Origin: Nemertoderma westbladi
Taxonomy: Eukaryota > Animalia > Xenacoelomorpha
Reading direction: 5' to 3'
Length of the DNA: 55,867 bases
NCBI GenBank assembly: GCA_032718475.1
Contig: JAUCBJ010000800.1
Span: 1 to 55,867 of the forward strand
Part shown: positions 11,390 through 22,640 of the stretch, one piece after another
Position numbering within the stretch: the stretch's first letter is position 1
Layout: the number at the start of each line of letters is the position of its first letter
Notes under the pieces: generated by a model
What the model was told of the DNA's origin: nothing
Databases searched by the model: none
Seen by the model: only the letters and a program-made list of their open reading frames with translations
Made by a program: the position numbers and the translations under genes

Positions 11390-12154
11390 TTACTGATCAA
11401 GTTCTTCTGGTAATATTTCCTGGAACTTTCCCATCAACTTGACCAGCTGATCGTCCCCAATGTAATCACGAAGCTGAGAACGACCCACAAACTTGACATC
11501 AGCGACATACTGTGTCCCAATTACCTTCTTCAATATGTTCCAAATGCCATTGAAAACGGCGTTAACATCCACGACCAGAATGTATTCCACCCAATCTGGG
11601 TAGTACGAATATCGGCAATCGTACATGAACCGACACAATTCGTAATCGAAATTCCCGACTCCCGCTCCTTCCATGTCCACCATCATCGTCATCCTCCCAC
11701 CAGTCAGGTTCTCTTTCGAGAATTGCTTTTCCAGAATATAAACGAATTGACGTTTTGCCTCTTCGGTTCGCTTCTTGCTGTGCATTCTGTATTTCATGGC
11801 GCATATTCCGTTCCCATAGACGTCGACACATCCCAAAGTGAACGGTCCATTATTGGCATTCGCGTCATTGATGACATTCATGACTCCGAATTCTTTACGC
11901 CACAATAAACTCAATTGGATATGTAGAGCGGTCTCATTCACCAAATCTTTGGACTGCTGGTTGTGGCGGATATATCGCCACACCCAATTGTTATTCGTTC
12001 GAATAGCATCCATATCTTCTTCGTAAAAGGTGCCATCCTTCAACCCCTTCATGTAATCTTCTAAAAACTTGTCGCGGACCTTCTCTACTAGCTCGTGATG
12101 TTCCTCAGACGATGGAACATTTGGAAATTTGTTTGTCAATGAAAATACAGCCAT
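11390..12154 (-). CDS. Intronless CRAL-TRIO (Sec14-like) lipid-binding protein, MOSPD2 N-terminus-like, paralogue A
   Basis: 254-aa intact ORF, accATGg start. Motifs: WVWRYIRH, SLLWRKEFGV, MVDMEGAGVGNFD, YYPDWVEYILV, WNILK, VKFV..SQLRDYIG.DQL...MG. AATAAA lies downstream (~11323-11367). Confidence 0.88.
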   Translation of the reverse strand: MAVFSLTNKFPNVPSSEEHHELVEKVRDKFLEDYMKGLKDGTFYEEDMDAIRTNNNWVWRYIRHNQQSKDLVNETALHIQLSLLWRKEFGVMNVINDANANNGPFTLGCVDVYGNGICAMKYRMHSKKRTEEAKRQFVYILEKQFSKENLTGGRMTMMVDMEGAGVGNFDYELCRFMYDCRYSYYPDWVEYILVVDVNAVFNGIWNILKKVIGTQYVADVKFVGRSQLRDYIGDDQLVKLMGKFQEILPEELDQ

Positions 12155-12219
12155 GGTTGACTAGATATCGTTACTCGATAACGAGAGTTGGATACCGAAA
12201 CGAAACGAAAAAGTACTAA

Positions 12220-12310
12220 AATCAGCATGCCGCATTGCAGCAGCATTATATTATATTAAGAATGCTATGCCGGTTTGTCAACAAAATTGACCCGCTTCAA
12301 CGCCCTTGGC
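12220..12310 (-). mobile_element. Short 3'-end remnant of the local RTE family
   Basis: tcagcatgccgcattgcagcagc...taagaatgctatgccgg..gtcaacaaaattg matches the RTE 3' end at ~39519-39580. Confidence 0.6.
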
Positions 12311-12422
12311 CTCTACGATAGTGCATGACGATTATCACCCTATCATTCTCTCACCCTATCTGTTATCTATGTTTCCTATCTAATTAATTGCCCATGTGCG
12401 ACACTATTTATATACCAATTGA

Positions 12423-12657
12423 ACATTATATTATTGTGAATCTTACTTTATATTACTGTGACTCTTGCATTATATTATTGTGACTCTTACATTATATTAT
12501 TGTGACTCTTACATTATATTATTGTGACTCTTACTTTATATTATTGTGACTCTTACATTATATTATTGTGACTCTTACATTATATTATTGTGACTCTTAC
12601 ATTATATTATTGTGACTCTTACATTACATTATTGTGATTCTTACATTATATTATTGC
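12423..12657. repeat. 22-bp minisatellite, about 10-11 copies
   Basis: Unit acattatattattgtgactctt repeated head-to-tail with no spacers. Confidence 0.95.
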
Positions 12658-13339
12658 TCTACCATTGATCATTACAACTTATCACTCAGAGACGCTTTAA
12701 CTTCAACCTTTGACCTTCACTTCAACCTTAGACTGTAATTTTCCCCACAGTAGGACCCCTGATTCAGAGCTGGTAAGGCGACACGCCGCCAAAGGTAGGA
12801 GACTGGTCAAGTGGTCTCTGTCGCCGATTAAGTCCAACACTTGCCAGCAAGATGTGAATGGTCTTGTTGGCAGTAGGCTACGGCTTTTCCAGTCTGAAAC
12901 AATACCCAAAGCCCAAGAATATGGCGAATCTCAAATTAATAATTTCGATGTTCAAACCATGTGCCACTGCTATCGCTTCGTTTGTTTGTGGCAGATTGGC
13001 CCATTACACTGCCAGACAACATGAATTACCTGTCTCACTGGTGAGTGGCTTTCCCTAAAAAAAAAGTATGTCGTGAGATGCAATGTCTTTGCAATTTACT
13101 AATGGAAGAGCGCATGTAGCTGGCAAATCGAGATGGGTTTCGCTTCCAATGCCATGGCTAATGCTGCTAATGCAGCAAAAACAACAATAACATTGGGGTA
13201 TATTGTATTTTTAAATAGATGTAACAATCGCAGAGACCCAAATACACATCCTACAACTGCAAAATTAGCATTAATCTACAGTGCTGGTGGGTATTGTTAT
13301 GCAGAGGTGCCAATGTCTGCATCTTCACTTCAAGGCCTA

Positions 13340-13900
13340 TGTCCTTCACGATTATTTTCTCCAAGAGGTAGCCAAAGTTCATGATTGTGTACTGGTCCTC
13401 ACTGCGAAAGTATTGTCCTGCATAGCGGAGGCGGGTCTCTATTCCAGTGTCAAATTTATTTTTTTGGGAGGGGAGGGGGGGGGGGGGGGGAAGGAGAGTC
13501 TGTGTCGTGTCCCAATCAGTGGAAGACACAAATGTTATGGGAGCCATCATAAATTCATCTAATAGCTGCAATAATTTCCTCAAGAATCCCACATGCTGCA
13601 AGTATGCTGAACAGAACATAAATGAGAGACTCAATCGAAGGAAGGCATTAAAGAAAGTCAACAAATACAACATCCATGACAGAGATTCAGCCTTAACCTT
13701 GACGGTGGTTGGCTTTTCCTCCCAGTCATTGATCGCCAACCCTGGTCTAATTATCTTATGTCATCGGCGTCAACCTGGTGATTGATAAATTCCTATACAT
13801 TTGTAAGCCGGCAGGAATCATTCTGTGCCTATTTACAGTATTTAAAAACCTTTCTACAATTGCAATGGGTGTATTAAATTCAACTTCAAGGCCTAATGCA
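13340..13900 (-). mobile_element. Old, diverged RTE-clade LINE fragments
   Basis: 13500-13700 aligns in reverse with the RT segment at ~42980-43150; 13340-13455 aligns with the RTE 3' region at ~39680-39790. Confidence 0.65.
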
Positions 13901-14169
13901 TTCCAAATCTAACTTTATATGATTGTCTCAGCAAAAATATGAGGTGTGACGGTGATTTAGTTATAATTCTAATGGAAATATGGAGTTGGTTAACATTTTC
14001 AATTTCGATTTGCTTTTGATTTATTTAACAGATTCGTTTCGTTTCGGTTTTAGAATAGAAAATAAGAACATTAAAAGCCTATTACTAAATAAAGTGTAAG
14101 GTATTGAAAAGTCCCATGTGAAAATTCCCAGAGTGTCCAGGAAGACAAAATGAGTCAACCTTTGTTTAA

Positions 14170-15230
14170 AGGCGTGGGTAGGTGGGTGGGTGGCTCGGTC
14201 GGTAGGAATGTAGGAAGATAGGATTGTGGGAATATGGATGTGAAAGTTGGAATATGGGAATGTGGGAAGGTGGATGTGAAAGTGGGAAAGTGGGAAGATG
14301 GTATTGTGGATGTGAAAGTGGGAATATGGGAATATGGGATTGTGGGAAGGTGGATGTGAAAGTTGGAATATGGGAATGTGGGAAGGTGGATGTGAAAGTG
14401 GGAAAGTGGGAAGATGGTATTGTGGATGTGAAAGTGGGAATATGGGAATATGGGATTGTGGGAAGGTGGATGTGAAAGTGGGAAGCTGGGAAGATGGTAA
14501 TGTGGATGGAAAAGTGGGAAGGTGGATGAGAATGTGGGAAGATGGATGGGAATGTGGGAAGATGGGATTGTGGGAAGATGGATTGGTAGGTGGATGTGAA
14601 AGTGGGAAAGTGGGAAGATGGTATAGTGGATGTGAAAGTGGGAATATGGGATTGTGGGAAGGTGGATGTGAAAGTGGGAAGCTGGGAAGATGGTAATGTG
14701 GATGGAAAAGTGGGAAGGTGGATGAGAATGTGGGAAGATGGATGGGAATGTGGGAAGATGGGAATGTGGGAAGATGGGAATGTGGGAAGATGGATTGGTA
14801 GGTGGATGTGAAAGTGGGAAGACGAGAATGTGGGAAGATGGGAATGTGGGAAGGTGGATATAAAGGTGGATATAAAGGTGGAAATGTGGGAAGATGGGAA
14901 TGTGGATGTGATAGTGGGAAGGTGGATGGGAATTTGGGAAAGTGGATGGGAATTTTGGAAGATGGAAATGAATGTGAGAAGATGGGAATGTGGGTGGATG
15001 GGAATGTAGGAAGATGGGAATGTGGGAAGATGGAAATGTGGGAAGATGGATGGGAAGGTGGATGGGAAGATGGGAATGTAGGAAGATGGGAATGTGGATG
15101 TGATAGTGGGAAGGTGGATGGGAATTTGGGAAAGTGGATGGGAAAGTGGGAATGTGGATGGGACTGTGGGTAGATAGATGGGAATGTGGGAAGATGGATG
15201 GGAATGTGGGAAGGTGGATGGGAATGTGGG
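14170..15230. repeat. Purine-rich complex satellite (tgggaa / ggatgtgaaag units)
   Basis: About 1 kb of strand-asymmetric G-rich repeats with higher-order blocks; this explains the spurious P/H/S-rich ORFs. A short inverted C-rich version lies at ~15780-15910. Confidence 0.92.
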
Positions 15231-15780
15231 AAACAATAAACGCTGTTGTTACCTACCAATTGAAGCAAAGAAGCAGGTTACAGGGGCGAGATTTTCTAAA
15301 CAAAACAATAATCGATGTTGTTACCAATTCAGGGAATACAGTTGTTTACAGAATCGGGCTTTTCTAACCAAACAATAAACGATGTTGTCGCTACCTATCT
15401 CATAACCAAAACAATAAATGTGTGACAACCGGGTTACATGGTTTCGCTTTTGTAAACCAAACGATATAAGTTGTTGTTACCTATAATTGGAGGGAAATGA
15501 GCAGTTTACAGGGGCGGGCTTTTCTAACCAAAACAATAAACGATGTTGTTACCCACCAATTGCAGGAAAGGAGCAGGTTACCTGGTTGCGCTTTTCAAAC
15601 CAAAACAATAAACGTTGATATGATATGATTGATACACAAACCTATCAATTGAGGGAAATGAGCAGGTTACAGAGGTTGGCTTTTCTAACCAAAACATTAA
15701 ACTATGTTGTTACCTATCAATTGAGGGAATGGAGCGTGTTACCGAGGCTGTATTTTCTAATGAAAATAATAAACAACTAT
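15231..15780. repeat. Diverged ~70-90-bp tandem repeat
   Basis: Recurrent aaacaataaacgatgttgttaccta..aatt...gagcaggttaca...ttttctaacc, about 7 copies. Confidence 0.8.
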
Positions 15781-16289
15781 CCGCCCACCTTGCCATCAAT
15801 CCATCTTCCCACATTCCCATCTCCCTACATTCACACCAAACTTCCCATCATCCTACAGTCCCACCCACCTACACACATTCCCACCCGCCTTCCCACCCAC
15901 CCACCTTCTCACTCTATGTCCGACCGACTGATCAACAGAAGTTCCCATCCCCCTCAAAAAATAAATGACTTCGCGCAGCACGTGAATGCCAAAATTCCCC
16001 CATGTCAACTTTCCCATACTGTGTGGGAAGATGGTCTAAAATACCAAAGTTCCCTATCCCTAATGATAGTGAATGGGCCAAATTCCTTTCCGATGTGTTT
16101 CTTTTTCGCTTGGAAAGGGAATCCTGGCAAAAATATTTTTATATACAATGTATGTTAAGATATTTGAGTGAAGTGATATTGAGTTGAGTGAAATGATGTA
16201 CAGTTCCGTAAGTTGTTTATGTAAAATAAAAATAGGGCAGCGCTTGAGTATTGCTGAGTAGCCAATTTACCCCCATATTTACTAACAGG

Positions 16290-16546
16290 CCTTGCAGCCC
16301 AAAAAACTGCAAAATTAGCGTAGGCCTAAAAGTATAGCGACCCCATAGAACGGTAGTTTCTACATTTAACAATACGACCTTTAAGAAATGGAAAGATATG
16401 AATCCGTCTAGTATAGGCTTGCAGCCCAAAAAACTGCAAAATTAGCGTAGGCCTAAAAGTATAGCGACCCCATAGAACGGTAGTTTCTACATTTAACAAT
16501 ACGACCTTTAAGAAATGGAAAGATATGAATCCGTCTAGTATAGGCT
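16290..16546. repeat. Near-perfect direct duplication of about 128 bp
   Basis: ttgcagcccaaaaaactgc...ccgtctagtataggct occurs twice in tandem. Confidence 0.9.
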
Positions 16547-17009
16547 GGGTGCCTATCTATCTATGGCTATAGGCCTATGTATGTATAAGATATACATACG
16601 ATGTATATCTAAGCATCTATACATCTATATGTACTGTAGGTATGTATGTTTAATATTAACTAATGTTTGCAACAGTAGATAATAGATTCAAACACAGATA
16701 GATATAACTTTAAACAACTTAATATAACAAGACAACACAAGATAACGATATAGTCCGAGAAAGATAATAATAGTGCGTGAGAATGTAGGTTTGTTTAAAT
16801 AGGTCAGTAGATGTATAAATAGAGATACAGTTAGTGTTCGTTTGACAATAAGGTTTACTAATACAGAATAAATTAAATGCAGAAATAAGCTCCAATATCA
16901 TAAAGAAAACGTAAATAGATACGTAAGTGAATATGTAAGTCAATAATGAATTAAGGGCTTTACTAAATAAATCAAAGGGTTTGTTTGGCAAAAAATTTGA
17001 TACAAATTT

Positions 17010-17672
17010 AAATTAACTGCAGAGATAAACTTTAACTAACATCATAAAGAATAAAAAAATACCTCTAAAAAATAAATAGTCAATAAAGAAATTTATACAT
17101 TTATTATGTATAAAGTAAGTCAACGACTTAACGTTCGAAGGACACAATGTTATAATGATACATATAATTTAGTTTAAATAAATAAATTTATAGTAAATTA
17201 TGAAATTACGTTTGATTTTCTTTAACGGAAAAGTTTTGATACAAAATAATGTTGGACATCCTGACATTGTGAGGACATCGGCTATCGATGGAGGTGTGCT
17301 GATATTTCCTATGAAATCGGCGCGTGTTATGGAATATTTGGGTCACTCGTGGATGAAGTGTGACCCTCTATTTCGCCACAGCTACAAAGTCATTCATCTC
17401 GAGGTACTCTTGTATACCTACCGTTTTCGATAGCAAGCTCATGAGAGCTTGGCAAGCTCTCATGATCTTGGTATGACCCCAGTATTTATTTAAACTAAAG
17501 TATATGTATCATTATAACATTGTGTCCTTCGAACGTTAAGTCGTTGACTTACTTTATACATAAAAAATGTACAAATTTATTGTCGACTATTTATTCTTTA
17601 GTTTTCATTGACTTATACATTTATTTATTATGATGTTATAGCTTTTCTTGCAGTAATATTGCAGTTAAATTA
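17010..17672. repeat. Long inverted repeat (MITE/foldback-like) around a ~300-bp spacer
   Basis: tatgtataaagtaagtcaacgacttaacgttcgaaggacacaatgttataatgatacatata (~17105-17166) is perfectly inverted at ~17501-17562; weaker similarity continues outward. Confidence 0.85.
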
Positions 17673-18083
17673 TAGTGCATCCTCAGGGCATGTCCTTATC
17701 ACCATTTCCAAAGGCTGATCTCGATTCAATTAATTGTGACAATCAATTAAATTTGGCCCTAAAAAAAACCCACTTGGGACATAAAAAAAAAAGACCCAAA
17801 CATCGTTAGAAAATGTATCCAAATTATAGTTTTTTCCGTTTTTCCCGTCGATTTCCTGTCAATGGTATGGCAGAAGCTATACTAGGGTAGGTACAACATA
17901 CGGTACTGGTACTACATAGTTACCAGTACCTATATATGCCTATCTCGTCAATGTCAGTTTGGATGACTGAATTGCCCAGTACCTACTGTAGGTGTAATGT
18001 TGGTATACCCAGAATAAAAATAGGCCAATACAGTAGTAAATATACTGTCTATCTTTAACTATTGACTATGACAAAAACTAAGA

Positions 18084-20350
18084 TGTATACAGACAGACAG
18101 AGCAGCAGTTGTTAGAAGCTGCTCAGGATGTCCATAACAATCGACGCAGTTCTAGAGTTGCTGCGGCTTAATTTGCGTGGATTTGGGCGTGAAACAATTC
18201 GTCATAGAGTAGATGAATTGAAAGGTACGAGGGTGCTAAAAGAAAGAGGATGAAAAAGATGTCTGAAAGATGATGCAGAAAAAAATTGTAGGTGTAATAA
18301 CTGATATAGCAAATATCTGTTGGATTTGCGCCAAACCAAAAGCAGCTTCTAAGTCACATTAGATAATTTTGCAGAAATAGATGAAGTACGAAATCCGAAA
18401 TTCAAGGATGGCTCTCCCTCCAAATAAAAAATCAGGCGGATATGGACACCCAGCCTCAAATGGCTACGGAGGTTCATGAAGCGGAATAGGCTCAGCAGAA
18501 AACGACTGAAGGGAATGCACATTGGCCATTCAAAGATATTCGAAATCCATTCCTTATTAAGAACTTTTACACCTTGTTGGGAATCTGGCTTGAAAAACTG
18601 GCCATAATGGATCAGCCAGAGAAAGCGTGGAACCTAGATGAATCTGGATTTCCAATGGATCCTAGTAATGTTGAAACTGTATCGGTAGCAGGTCAGAAAG
18701 TTGTTAATGTTGTAGCTGGAAAAGGTCGTGATAATATAACAGTGTTAGTAGCGTGCAATGCGGCTGGTCAAGCACTTCCACCAACTATAGTATATGCTTC
18801 TAAGGCTAAGGTACTGAATAGCATTCCACCAGAGCCAAATGGTCTTAGTTCAACGGGGTGGATGAAGACCAATGTTTTCGAGGATTGGTTCGACTATTTC
18901 TCTGAAAAAATATTTGAACGACCTCTGTTGGTGTTGTTTGATGTTCATTTGTCTCATCTGAGCGAAAAAATCCTCATAAAGACAATATACGAAAACATAA
19001 CTGTAATAAAACCTCCATCGCACACAACATCAAAGCTGCAACCATTTTGTATGTTTCTGTTTTTGGGCCCCTAAAGCACTACTGGACGGAACAGGTAACA
19101 AATTGGATAATGTCAACAGGAATACCAATCAAAGCCATGTCCAAGAAAAAGTTCGCCAATAATCTGGCTGGAATATGGAATAAGGGAATGTCAGAGAAAA
19201 ACATTAAGGCAGGCTTTGGAAGTTTTGGGATATATCCTTATAATCCTGACTAATACGACAAATTATTGTTTGCACCAGAACTTGTTGAAAAATATGACCA
19301 GTGGATTGAAAAAGGTAAACCCTTTATAGATAATCCATCCACCAAAACCCAACCAATGTTGGAGTGCTATGAGGATGATGGTGATGGCAGAAATGTCAAC
19401 CAGCCAAGTACTAGTAGACAGCCTACTACAAATCCATCTACACCTACACCTGGTTTACATCCTCACTTAAACTTGAATACCACCCATACACCATCCTTTC
19501 CACCACCACTAGATGTCACTGGCAGGCCGAGAATTGGTAGTAGGGTTTGGATTGACAATGATGCTCCAACTTCCGCTAATAATAGTAGTAGTTCTCCAAG
19601 CTCAAAAATATGTTTCGCTGAGCTGGTTGCCAGTAAATTTGGCACTACACCACATAGATATGAATGAAGTAGATATGAGTGCCTCTGTCATATCTCAAGA
19701 AGACATTCAATTTGCGGAAGAAAAGGCAGCTCATGAGCTTGCAGCTTCCCGTAAAATAAACCACCACAAAAAGTAAATAAAGTCCCACAGAAGAAGTCGG
19801 GGAAAAAGAAAGTTGTAGAAGAAAGTAGTTCAGAAGACAGCAGTGATGACGAATTGAGTGATGGAGATAGTAGCAGTATGAGTTCAGATACATATGGTGA
19901 TACATCAGGGGAAGAAACAGACAAGTCTGATGAAAGCAATGTAGCGTCTTCTTGTAATAACGCATTTCATTTCATCTCTATAGAATCTACAATGAAGACC
20001 ATTTCTGAAGTTCTCAATAGTTATAACTGGAAAGAAACCTTAGTAGGAAAATACATTGCTGTTCACTTTGATTACCTGTACAAGTATTATATCGGAAAGT
20101 TGGACAAAGTGTTCAATGATAACTCTGAAGAAGATGTGGTGAATAAGGTTTCATTTTATTTTCTTGACTTTCGAAGTTCCAATATATTTAAATCTAAAAA
20201 CAGACCACAGGTGGAAGTTGTGCCTGTTGTGGATATATTCTATGGTCCCCTTTATCTGTAATGTTATGCAGGACAGTTGGTAGTAGCAAACAGGGAAATG
20301 GTAGAGATTAAGAAGATATGGTCACTCTTCCATAAATGCTTTGGTCACTA
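18084..20350 (+). pseudogene. pogo/Tigger-type (CENP-B-like, DDE_1) transposase pseudogene
   Basis: WLRRFMKRNRLS HTH segment (~18460), WNLDESGF, GRDNITVLVACNAAGQALPP, GWM, LFDVHLSH, PSHTTSKLQP, VSVFGPLKHYW, AGFGSFGIYPYNP; multiple stops and frameshifts; acidic C-terminal extension. Confidence 0.88.
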
Positions 20351-20559
20351 AATATGCCCTTGAAGATTTGATGGTTATTGGTTTCTTCACCTGCTATACA
20401 GAAACTAATAAATGGAGACAAGAATGACGGCCATCACCCACTAAAGAACTTTCAAAACTTAAAGGTTACCAAGTTTTCAACCTGGATTTGAGGCCTTTAT
20501 CAAGGTATAACTTAGGTACTGTATGTACTTCAAATAGTATAAATACCTACCATACCTTA

Positions 20560-21420
20560 TATATACCTCGATAAAGGCCTCATTTTGAGGTTGAAAGCAT
20601 TCTTTTAATTTTTGAAAGTTCTCATTTCCTTCTGCGGGTGTTGGCCTTCATTCTCGTCTTTTTAGCCTATTTACTTGCTCTTCCATTTCTGTTCTTCCCA
20701 TCTTTTTTCAATGTGATACTGAAACTAGTTTGATTCTTGAACTCCTTATTATCTTTGTTCAGCATTCTACAAACTGTAGTGACTTTGTTACTACCAGTAT
20801 ATCTTGAATCTATCTTGTTCCACAGAGAGAGAGGGAATCGTCATTACTCAAACATTCAGCCTACATTTTTAATTCATTGGCGGAACAGTTTGTAAGGTTT
20901 TCATGGCTGTTAATATGGTGATTCCTTGGAACATGATTAAATAATTCAGTGGGGTTATATTTCATTCTATTTGTAATTAAACTTGATGCAGCAGATGCCT
21001 TCAGCGACTTATGTATCAAAGAGGCAACCTCTGTAGAGTTCATTGACTTCAAGTTAGTTAAACAAGGGAGGAGTTGATAAAGTGTGTTTCCAATGGTTGT
21101 TGAGTTGATCATGTAAGCGGGAGAACATGGTTTCTTACTATGATTATTAGTTTCTCTGAAAGATCTCGAGCACCAGCTAGCACTGATTGAAGATCCATTG
21201 TAGCTGTAAGTCTGTGAGAAAGAGCTAAGGGGAGATGATCTGAGATCAGTGGAGCATTTCTATATATCATTAGTGTTTTACATGTTGTTGTTGTACAGTA
21301 TCTATCTATCTATATAGTATGTATCCATCTTCCATAAATCAGCAGTTTTTGATACAGTTTAGAGACTTTGCATAGTTATAAGGTTCTTCAGATTCAGGAA
21401 TAATTTAGAATAAAATACTT
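20560..21420 (-). mobile_element. Heavily degraded LINE ORF2 fragment
   Basis: Minus strand reads ...YIDR...SDHLPLAL (end of APE endonuclease, ~21220-21320) followed by broken linker frames. Confidence 0.45.
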
Positions 21421-21772
21421 TCATACAAAACAGGACAAGATAAACGATGCTTGTGATGTAGATGAGTGATGCTTGTCTATAGTCCTAAACCAACTGGGTG
21501 AGTTGAGTTGAGTGAGTGAGATGAGATTAATTCAACAGGATGAGAGCAACGAGGCATGATATTTAAGACGAGATAATTAAATTAAATCCGGCAACCTTTC
21601 TTTAGCTAATAACCTGCAACCATAGAGTTCACAATATAAACTCTGCGCTGGAGTTGGTTAAACCAGGCAAGTAAACTTCCATTACTTGGTAAGTGGAAAT
21701 GTAATAATTACCTCCATAAAACCTGTGAATATTGACAAAATATTAATCTAGTAGGTCGGAAATAAATTTTCC

Positions 21773-21842
21773 GAGGAGAATATACTTGTGTGTAAACACT
21801 TCGGATAGAGGAGAATATACTTGTGTGTAAACACTTCGGATA
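21773..21842. repeat. 35-bp perfect tandem duplication
   Basis: gaggagaatatacttgtgtgtaaacacttcggata occurs twice. Confidence 0.9.
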
Positions 21843-22514
21843 TTTTGGGCAAAAAAAGATGTTAAGTTAGTTGAGTAATGAATGCATTCGGTTGATGTTT
21901 GATATTGGGGCCATATCCAAAGCCAGTTGGGCTATATCCTTAAAATACTGCATTGAGGGGCAGTTTACATTCTGTTTTATTGCATGAATCTCATCAACAA
22001 TTATTGAGCAACATCGTTTACAGTATTCGAACACGGCAAAGACTAGGAAAGTGTCCAACGATAGTTTACCAGTCACATTAGTTAAACTGGGCAATAATTG
22101 TAGCCTAGTCAGTTTCAACTGCTCACTTAGAATATTTCAGAGTTTGATGGAATAGCAATACTACTGGAAAGCATTGTAGATATCACCAGAGCTCTGGTGG
22201 AGACATCACCAGACCTCTGCAGAGGTGTAGACAACTCATTTGGATGAATGACAACGTTTGGTAGGGTGTTCAGTAATGCAATGTGGAGGATTCTCCTCTT
22301 CATAATGATCGATGAAGTTTATGACTTCTGTCACTTCCAACTAATAACTTAAAGAGGCTCTTGTAGCATAAGAATGGGATATTGATTCGGGAGAGACCCA
22401 AGAAACAAACAAACTAAACCTTATCGTCAATTATGGTAATCTCGATGATCCATTTTGCAACAGCCCCAGTTCGTTCCTGGTGTTTCGCCAATAGAGTTCA
22501 GGAGTTGTACCGCC

Positions 22515-22640
22515 GCCGACCCATACAATTCCGACCCGTACAATACCGATAAGGACAATTCCGACACAGACAATTCCAACCCTTACAATTTCGACCCATT
22601 CTAAGATCAAATGAAATTTTCATGGGTCGGAATTGTCTGG
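22515..22640. repeat. 15-bp subterminal-type tandem repeats of a non-autonomous DNA element
   Basis: acaattccgaccc-like unit about 5 times, then an inverted copy gggtcggaattgt at ~22624. Confidence 0.7.

Noticed and set aside
14021-15268. 415-aa and 356-aa P/H/S-rich ORFs
   Set aside because: Translation artefacts of the TGGGAA satellite; open in several frames on both strands.
16201-20521. TIR pair delimiting the pogo element (ta|cagttccgtaagtt vs aacttaggtactg|ta)
   Set aside because: Short gapped match in AT-rich DNA where tacagt/actgta is common; not enough to call boundaries.
21867-22400. Possible endogenous viral or P2X7-tail-like fragment (CITEHP)
   Set aside because: No further supporting motifs and broken frames; left unassigned.
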